Assembly: GCF_001447785.1 (NCBI RefSeq)
Contig: NW_015169174.1
Coordinates: forward strand, 647,729-711,728
Source: Gekko japonicus
Lineage: Eukaryota
Reading direction: 5' to 3'
DNA: 64,000 bases
Every line of letters starts with the position of its first letter. Positions within the stretch are counted from its first letter, which is position 1. The notes beneath the pieces are model-generated. The model had not been told where the DNA came from. It saw only the letters and a list, made by a program, of their open reading frames with translations, and did not search any database. This document shows, one piece after another, positions 55,973 through 64,000 of this stretch. A program made the translations under genes and the position numbers.

Positions 55973-58126
55973 TTTTTTTAATATTTTTTAATTCATTTTT
56001 GTTAAACAGCCAGTAAGCACTTTTATGTAATCATTGTCATTTTTTTGAGTCTTACATACAATGCTTTCCCCCCACCAATTATATACTCTTATCCACTTTT
56101 TTCAGAATATTGTCTCATCTTTACCGCATAATAACAGTCAATTTATCCAATTCGGCTATCTCCAGCAGTTTCTTAACTACCGTATATCTAGTTTAGAGGG
56201 TAATTTATCTGATTTCCAGCATCGGGCTACCATAATTCTTGATGAAGTTAAAATATATGTTAATAGATATCTGTCTTCTCTATCTAGGTTGTCTGGAATT
56301 ATATTTAACAAATATATTTCTGGTACCAAATCCACATTAATATTCATCAATTATAATATAATCTGTTTTATACTTTTCCAAAACTTTTGCATCATATAAC
56401 ATTTCCACCACAAAACGTTCCTATACTATTCTTACATTTCCAGCAATTTTTTGAAGTTTGAGGTGCAAATTTTCCAATTTTATCTGGAGACCAATACCAT
56501 CTATGAAACATCTTATATAAATTTTCTTTATATGCTGTTGAACTGAGATATCTCATAGACTTCCATATTTTGGCCCAGTCGTCAATGTCTATCGTATAGC
56601 CCATATCTTTCATTCATGCTACCATTGAGGGTTTAACCATCTCATCTTGTAAATATCGTTCTATCAGAAAAGTATATACTTTTTGTATTAACTTATCACT
56701 GGCTGACAACCAAATTTTATCTAGTTCATTGTTTCCCGTATAGAACCCTATAGTTTTATCTTTGCTGTATATAGATTTAAGTTGTGTACTTTCCCACCAT
56801 GTTAAGTGTTTCATTGCTATGTCCAAGTTTTTAATCTTGTCTTTTTTATCTAGTATATTTTCGTATGTTTCTATCTTGTCTTGTCAGAAGGGTTGGTTTT
56901 ATGAATGCTTCAAGTGGGGAAACCCACCATGGTATTTTCTTATAATATTTTTCTTTCAAGTTCCTCCAATATTTTATCAGAGATCCCCTAATTATATGTT
57001 GATGGAAATTTGCATGAACTTTATCTTTGTCATACCAAATATAGGCATGCCAACCCATTTTAAGATCATATCCTTCTAAATTTAAAGTTCTTCTATCTTC
57101 TAATTTTATCCAGGTTTTAATCCAGGTTAAAGCTGCAGCTTGATAATAAATTTCCCAGTCGGAAAAACCCATACCCCCTCTTTCTTTTTTTTCCTTGTAA
57201 ATATTTCCATCTAATTCTTGTTTTTTTGGTATACCATACAAATTGTCTCGTCATTTTGTCCAAATCTGTATAAAAAAAATTTTTTCTTTAGTATTGGTAT
57301 ATTTTGCGCTAGAAAGAGGAAGCGTGGTAAAATATTCATTTTTATAGTGGCTATTCTTCCCAGTAGTGATAATTGTAGATCTTTCCATTTTAGAAGGTCT
57401 TTCTTGATTTCTTCCAATAATTTTTTGTAATTGTTTTCCATTAAACCACTATTTCTGTTAGTCATATGGATACCTAAGTAAACAATCTTGTTAGTTATTT
57501 CAAGTTTTGTGACCTTGGAGATCTCGTCTTTCTCTTCTTGTGTGCAATTCTTGGTCATTATTTTTGGTCTTTTGTATTAATCCTCCTACCGCACCATATT
57601 TTTGTATAGTGTCTAACAATGGTACTATCGAAGTCTCTGGCTCTTTCAAAATAAAGACTAGGTTGTCCATGAATGCTTGGAGTTTGAACTCTTCATCTTT
57701 AACTTTCAGTCCTTTTATTTGCTTGTTTTCTCTTACTAGATAATTTAATGTTTCTAAGACAAAGATAAACAATAATGGAGATAAGGGGGCGCCCCTGTCT
57801 AGTTCCTTTTTGTATTGCTAATCTTTCTGTCAATTCTCCATTAATTATAATTTTAGCTTGTTGTTCTTTGTATATTGCCGATATCATTGAAAGAAAATCA
57901 TTACCACAGTCCCATATTCTCAGTTTCTGAATCATATATTCCCATGATACATATAAATGTTTTTTCCGCATCCACAAATACCAACGCTAAATGTTTCTCC
58001 GGGTGTGTTTTGTAGTACTCTAATACATTAATAATAGTTCTTCTATTATTCTTGATTTGTCTTCTAGGAAGAAATCCCACTTGATCTTGATGTATCGTTT
58101 GTGCTAATACTTTTTAAAATCTTGCC
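55973..58126 (-). mobile_element. 5'-truncated L1-clade LINE (ORF2 RT to C-terminus, frameshifted)
   Basis: Peptides QKGTRQG, LSLLGRIATIKMNILPRFLFL, KERGGMG..W..YYQA and CWKC. The RT YADD motif is degraded to FMDN. Poly(A) tail and 18-bp TSD GTAAGCAGCAGCAGTTCT at 55955-55972 and 58127-58144. Confidence 0.92.
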
Positions 58127-59421
58127 GTAAGCAGCAGCAGTTCTGAAGCTTTCCGGGATTTTGTTCTCTATCTCAGAGCTAGTTTTTGTTCCCTTCCTGT
58201 TTCTACTCCTTGGACTCCGGTAAGATCTGCCAATATCCAGAAAGCTGGCAATCACATAGCCACATCTAAACTGAAGGACCCTGCCCCTGTTGGTGTGCAA
58301 TGGAATTGCAAAAGTCTGCACAGGTGCAGGTAATGGCCTGCTTGACTCAAGCACCAGAAGCTCAAAGGAAGGGAAAAGTTGGTGCCTCAGAAGAGATTTC
58401 AGTGCTTCAAGTAAACAAGAGTAAAAAGAACCCTTTAGAGGCATGGGCCTCTATAGTGTCTGGGCGCAATGACTTCCTAATTCATGGGCATTAGAAACTA
58501 TCAAAAACATTTTGATTACCTGTCCAGTTAGAGCCAGGACTTGATAGGTGAAACTGATGGATGAAATAAACAAGATTCCTAGAGTGTTTAGGTAAACTAA
58601 ACTGAATTGAATGGCTCCCGTCACACACTCATTGTAATGAGATTGTCTGGTTTAGCAGTTTTCAGTTGCCTGGGGCTTTCAGTGCAGACTATAACCAAGC
58701 CTCTAACTGAAAGAAATACTTTGATTAACAAATATGGTAAATCAGTTTACTTTCTCCATAATAAGAATATTATACATCCCTGCTCTTCTTTTTTCCACCC
58801 TATAATACTGAAGCCTCTTTCATAGAAAGTTTTCAATGTCTGTTTGCTGGAATAATAAAACCTTTCTCCTATAGTTTCAAGCAAAATAATTGACTAATTG
58901 TTGAAAGGCGAGTTTGATTATCAATAACTTGAGCTCCCAAGTCATGTGATCAGCATTCAAGAAACAAGAGACTTTTCAAATTTCTTGAATACTGTTATTC
59001 ATAATTAAAGACATCCCTGTGCACTTGCTGTGATGGATCGATGATCTTGAACTGGAACCTCATATCAGGGCTTGTTAATAGTTTCAGGCAGCCTACAGTT
59101 TTCAGAAACCAACAGAACTAAAATGTTAGAACCTAAACTGGTCCCTCACAAGAGCCTTGCCAGTTCATAACAACGGTCCATCTTTTCCAGTATTCTGTTA
59201 GTGGCTAACCAGATGTCCTAGAAGGCCCACAGCAGGTTCACAGAGTCCAGAGCTTCCCTCTGCTGCTGTTCCCTCAGCAAGTAGCATTCAGAGGGATGCC
59301 ACCTTCAAATAGGGGGTGTTATAATAAGCCATCATGGCTAAGACTGATTGATAAATTGCTGAAGGATAGGCCTATTGATCTCCCTTTTTAAAGTCATAGA
59401 TCTATACAAGGGCATTACAAT

Positions 59422-59674
59422 CAGTGTTCCCTCTAAGCAGAGTTAGTGTGAGCTAGTTCACCGTTTTAGCCTCCAGCTCCCACATTTTGGTCTTAGCTCA
59501 GGAAGAATGGCTCCAGAACAATTTAGTATAGTATATGTGCTGCCGAAGCGAGCACAAGGCTCCAGAACAAACTAATTTATGCAGTAGCCAAATCGCTCAC
59601 TCATAAATTTAATGCCAATAGCTCGCAAAGTAGAATTTTTGCTCACAAGACTCCACAGCTTAGAGGGAGCATTG
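59422..59674. mobile_element. hAT MITE (CAGTGTTCCCTCTAAG family) carrying a U6 insertion
   Basis: TIRs and 8-bp TSD ATTACAAT. Confidence 0.9.
59522..59555 (-). pseudogene. 3'-truncated U6 snRNA retrocopy
   Basis: 59555-59529 reads GTGCTCGCTTCGGCAGCACATATACTA, identical to vertebrate U6 nt 1-27, flanked by 13-bp TSD GGCTCCAGAACAA. Confidence 0.92.
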
Positions 59675-61479
59675 ATTACAATATAAACTCTTATTTTTAA
59701 TCACTTTCACAGATGTTGCCTTTTTCATTGCTGCTGCACATTGAGTAGATATTTTCACTGAACTATGTATCATGGCCCCAAGATTTGTTTCTTGGTCTAT
59801 CACTGCCAGTTCAGACCTCATCAGTGTATATGAAAAGCCGGTACTTCTTTGCCCTGATGTGTATAATTTATATTGAACCTCACTTGCCACTTTGTTATTC
59901 ACTCACTCAATTTGGAGTGATCCTCTTGGAGCTCTTCACAATCAACTTGGACTTTCACCATCGTGAGTACTTTAGTATCACTTGCGGCCTTGGCCATTTT
60001 ACTCCTTATCCTTAATTCTTGATAATAAATGAACAAATTAAATAGCGCAGGTCCTATTAAGAAACTTGTGGCAGTTGCTTCCCACTTTTCTTCCCTCCAT
60101 TGCAAGAGCTGTCCATTAACTCTGGCTTTCTGCTTCTTGTTCTTTGACCAGTTACTAACCCAAAAGAGGGCCTGTTCTCTTATTCCATGATTGGTTAAGT
60201 TTACTCAGTAGCCTTTGGTGTTCCAGTACTTTTGGAAATGCACCTATATTAACTAGATCACTCTTATCTACCCGCCAGCTAATACTTTTAAAGTTCAAAA
60301 GTTTTAAAGTTCCCTCTTGCGAAACAGAATTGCCAACAGGCCTAGAGAAAACATTCCTGTCCCTTTAACACAGGCTTACTGTGTATAAATGGCCCTATGC
60401 ATCTTTTCATGGCATATAGGTAAATAATATTGCATTAAGCCTCTGTTAAAGGGATTCTTCTCTCTCCAGGTGGTTGGTAACCCTATTGGCTGAAGAGGTA
60501 ATGATTCTTCCTGTATAGAGTACCTTCCTCTTATGCTTAATACTAATTCTTTCGCTAATAACTTTCCAGTTTTACCCAGAATAGGTTGTAGCCTAACTGG
60601 CCCGTAATTCCCTTTTTAAAATTGATGTAATGATTTGCAGAGAAAATGATGGAAAATCAATGATTGGATTTGTCCAGCTTTTGATTAGTTAAACCACACA
60701 GGGAAGAATCAAACTGTTTTGGTCTCAATAGCCTCCCTGCAGGCTGAATTGTATCTTCAAAATACTGGAAAATCTTGTCATGGTTCTATTAGTATCATCT
60801 TCTGGTTTTGCCTTTTGATGCTGTGAACCTCCTGCTCTCCCTTGAACTCTGTTAACGTATGCCATTGGAATCATGTCCTGGAGGATTGTATTCCTTTCAC
60901 AAATGAAGTTTTCTTACTTTCCTCATCACACCTCCTTGCCCCCAGCTTCATGAGCAAAACTGTTCTCTTGCTGACAGGATCTCTTTTCAATCTAGCCATA
61001 CTATCTACCATGTGAGTAAATGCAGTTTTCCTGATTTGCCCAGCTCAACACTAGGAGATAAGTGGCAATTAAAAAAGCAGAGGGACCCCTAACAGCTGAA
61101 CAAACAAGACCGTTCCCTCATCTGAATAGCCAGAACTGTCCTTTTTCTGGTGTTAGCTGTTTACATCCCCCTCTTAATATGGATGAGGTTTTTTTCTATT
61201 GCAAGACTGTCTGAAAGCGTGGTCATTGCACGTGCTGTCTTGCATTTTCATTTTCATTAGCGATAATAATAGGCAGGCATAGTTTTGTGCGAAGGAGTAG
61301 TGCTGATAAAGTGATCTTTTGACATTACAAAGCCCAGTGAAGTGTAGCACAGAAGAGAGGGTTCAGGCTTTTCCCAGCTGTGACGTCTCTAGTCATAAGA
61401 TATGAGCTGGACTAGACAAAAGTGCAGTGTAAAGCTGCATGGGGGTCATATGTACTGTTCTTTGGGAGGGTCATGGGCC

Positions 61480-61873
61480 CAGGGGTCATTTCCTGCAGGA
61501 GCGCACAGGAGCGGAGCTCCGGCACTAAAGAGCCCAGGGGGCGGGCACATGCAACAAGCCCCACCCCCTTCTCCCAGCAGCTCTCAGTCAGAGCAAGAAG
61601 CAGCCAAGTAAGCTGCAGAGCCCCCCCTGGTCCAAAACAGTCCAGTGGCACCTTTGAGACCAGGTTTTATTCAGGTACAAGCTCTCCCTCTTCTGCAAGG
61701 GCAGATCTGCACATTCCTCTCCCCCAATAGCTAGCAATCCAAAACAGTCCAGTGGAGCCTGGGCAGTGGGTGTTGCCTTCTGACACACTTCCGGTGATTT
61801 CATGGGGTGTGGCATATGCTAATGAGTTATGCTAATGAGCTCCTGCACCTCTTTTTCTACGAAATGACCCCTG
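61480..61873. mobile_element. hAT MITE (CAGGGGTCATTTC family)
   Basis: TIRs CAGGGGTCATTTC / GAAATGACCCCTG and 8-bp TSD CATGGGCC. Confidence 0.9.
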
Positions 61874-62600
61874 CATGGGCCCCTTGCCAGCTTGCTTGTT
61901 ACAGCAGTGCATGGTGACTTGAGAAGTTAAAGAAAGTGAACAGCCATATGCTGAAGATCATACATCCTAAAGTTAAATGGGGGGGGGACCACAAAGGAAG
62001 AGAAGAGACAGGTAGTGTTTATCAGGCCTGGACATCAAATCTTGGGGGTGGGGGTTAAAATCAGGAAAGAAAGATTGGAAGGACAGAATTATTCAGACAG
62101 GTTCAAGATGGGACTGGAGAGCGGTTATATGGGAGAGGATACTAACAAGCAAGAATGGTGAAGCCATTTGAAAGGTAGGAGTCTGTGGGTTGTGCCAAAG
62201 TTCAAACCTGAAAGTTAAGGTTATAGGATATGAGAAAAAAAATCTTGCTTTGTACTTTGCAGGTAAGCCAGTTAGAAAAGTAAGGAAAGGATGGAACCTA
62301 CAAGGTAGGCAGTATAGATTATCCTAGTGGTAGGATTCTAGGCAGAGATCAGGTTGTTTGAGGAATGCTCCAAATAAATGTCATAATCCATATAAGAGTT
62401 TCTGAGAATATGAATTACAGTTCTGGAAATGACGAAAGGATGGATGTGGGTTGTACTGAGAAGCTTTCTTTAAAAAAAAGGAAAGAAAAGAACAGAGACA
62501 GAATGTAAATGGACTGTAAGGATTTGAGGAAGCCTGATTAAGAAAGAAAGATGAAAAACATATAGTAGAGCTAGCTGAGTGTAAGAGTAGGACTTGAGAC

Positions 62601-62792
62601 CAGTGTTCCCTCTAAACTGAGTTAGTGTGAGCTAGCTCACAGCTTTTTAGCTTCCAGCTCACACATTTTTGTCTTAACTCAGGAAGGATGGCTCCAGAGC
62701 AAACTAATTTATGCAGTAGCCAAATCGCTTGTTCAGCAGCTCACAAAGTAGAACTTTTGCTCCCAAGAATCCACAGTTTAGAGGGAGCATTG
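62601..62792. mobile_element. hAT MITE (CAGTGTTCCCTCTAAG family)
   Basis: TIRs and TSD CTTGAGAC / CTTGGGAC (1 mismatch). Confidence 0.88.
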
Positions 62793-64000
62793 CTTGGGAC
62801 ACTCAGGTTAAAGTCCTTACAACCTTGGAAGACAATTGGGTGACTGATCCAGTAATCATAGAGTTGCTGGTGTCTCTTCAGGGTCTCTGACGGAACAGGT
62901 CTTTCCCAGCAATTGCTTCCCAAGATCCTTTAGCTGGAGATGCCAGAGACTGAACCTGGGATGATCAGTATGAAAAGCATTTACTGTATGCTGAGCCATA
63001 GGCCCTTGTGTCTGTCTGTCTGTCAAGGAACATGGCACGGGAAAGTTCTCTTCGTTCAGTGTTCTAGTTCATTGCGGCTGATGTGGCTAACCTCCCAGCT
63101 CCACTTCCTTTGTCCCCTAATAAGTAACACAAGTGGCTTAATCTGAGTTCTGTTCTGGATCTGTATGAATGTTGGTGTTTCTGTGCCAAAAGTACCAACA
63201 AATGGGTCTTTGTGTTGTTTAGCGTGCATGGAATTTGCATAGGCTGTGCTGGAGCAGGCAGATCTGTTTCTGAAAACAAGGAGCAAGTTCTTCTTGCTGT
63301 ATCTCTGCTTCCCAATGCCTCTCCAGAAGATTTCGGCACTTGTGTAAGAGATCTAAATTTTAATTTCTTTCAGTAGTAGATGCTATCAGGCTTCTGAAAG
63401 TTTGGAACCAAAGACCTTCCAATGAGCGGGTGCCCCCTGCCCATTGACTGGTTCTTGAATGATGCTCTGGTTTCCATGGGTTTTCCTTTATCTCTAGGTA
63501 AGGCTGGGGTGGCAGGATACAGAGAAACAAGAGTTGTATGGGAGAGAACATTGCTTATTCTCTTGGCCCTCTTTAGGAAGCTACGTTGAATCCAGTTAGA
63601 TCAAAATAGGTTTCAGACAAAGTGTGCTCAGTGACAGAGCTGCCATGGTTGGCATATGTGTTAAGACAGCATAAATGCGAGCATGAGGTCATTCATTTGT
63701 CCTCTCCAGCTGCTTGTGTTGAACTGCTCCATCTTGTTCTCAACTTGTGAAGCATATCAAGCTGTGGGAAAGCTTACCAAGCAGCAGTTAAAATTTGACT
63801 ACACTTGGCAGTTTGCTCCTTGAAGGTCTGGAAAAAATTGCTTCTGGAGTGATCTTGTCATCTTTGCTGCTTTGATCCATCTGCGAGTCCCGCTATGCTG
63901 CTCCGATCCACAGGGCCAGCCTGAAGGTGTTTGTTGCATTTTACATCCAGCAAGTGATGCCTACCAGACGGCAGTTTCAGTTAATCTTTATGATAATATC

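Larger units (their letters stand above)
59150..60630 (-). mobile_element. Old CR1 LINE fragments interrupted by MITEs
   Basis: Degenerate CR1 RT peptides (GPALFNLFI, KMAKAASDTK, CEELQED, ETNLGAMI..STQCAAA). Boundaries approximate. Confidence 0.75.

Noticed and set aside
50693-64000. ARHGAP19 exon 2 (DAICSFVICNDSS...NPDFFVEKL)
   Set aside because: Not found. The AATGATTCTTCC near 60500 lies in CR1-derived sequence and lacks the flanking residues.
63050-64000. Possible decayed coding or TE sequence at window end
   Set aside because: No recognisable motif or splice-bounded open frame, so it cannot be assigned.

Overview
Vertebrate genomic DNA. The repeat content (Squam3/Sauria-type SINEs, Vingi, Penelope, CR1, L2, Helitron) points to a squamate, most likely a gecko. 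The window holds a complete 4-exon PGAM1 (minus strand, 2645-7975) head-to-head with a complete 34-exon RRP12 (plus strand, 17452-43442). A CCAAT-box promoter plus a short first coding exon at about 50.5-50.7 kb is probably ARHGAP19 exon 1, judged by synteny and intron phase. There are two assembly gaps (15336-15507, 50933-51207). I found no clear new multi-gene system. The most notable unexplained structures are: (1) an orphan linker exon plus canonical 127-nt KRAB-A exon with a dead acceptor and no zinc-finger exon, upstream of and co-oriented with PGAM1; (2) a ~245-bp near-perfect fold-back in the predicted RRP12 3'UTR just before the poly(A) signal; (3) three copies of a chimeric SINE with a Sauria-like head, variable CpG-rich body and L2-like tail with covarying stem; (4) non-autonomous Helitrons inserted twice into the same tandem-repeat family; (5) a U6 snRNA 5' fragment retro-inserted into a hAT MITE; (6) no FRAT gene in the gap-free RRP12 to putative ARHGAP19 interval. 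Repeat-family names come from recalled consensus features, not database searches.
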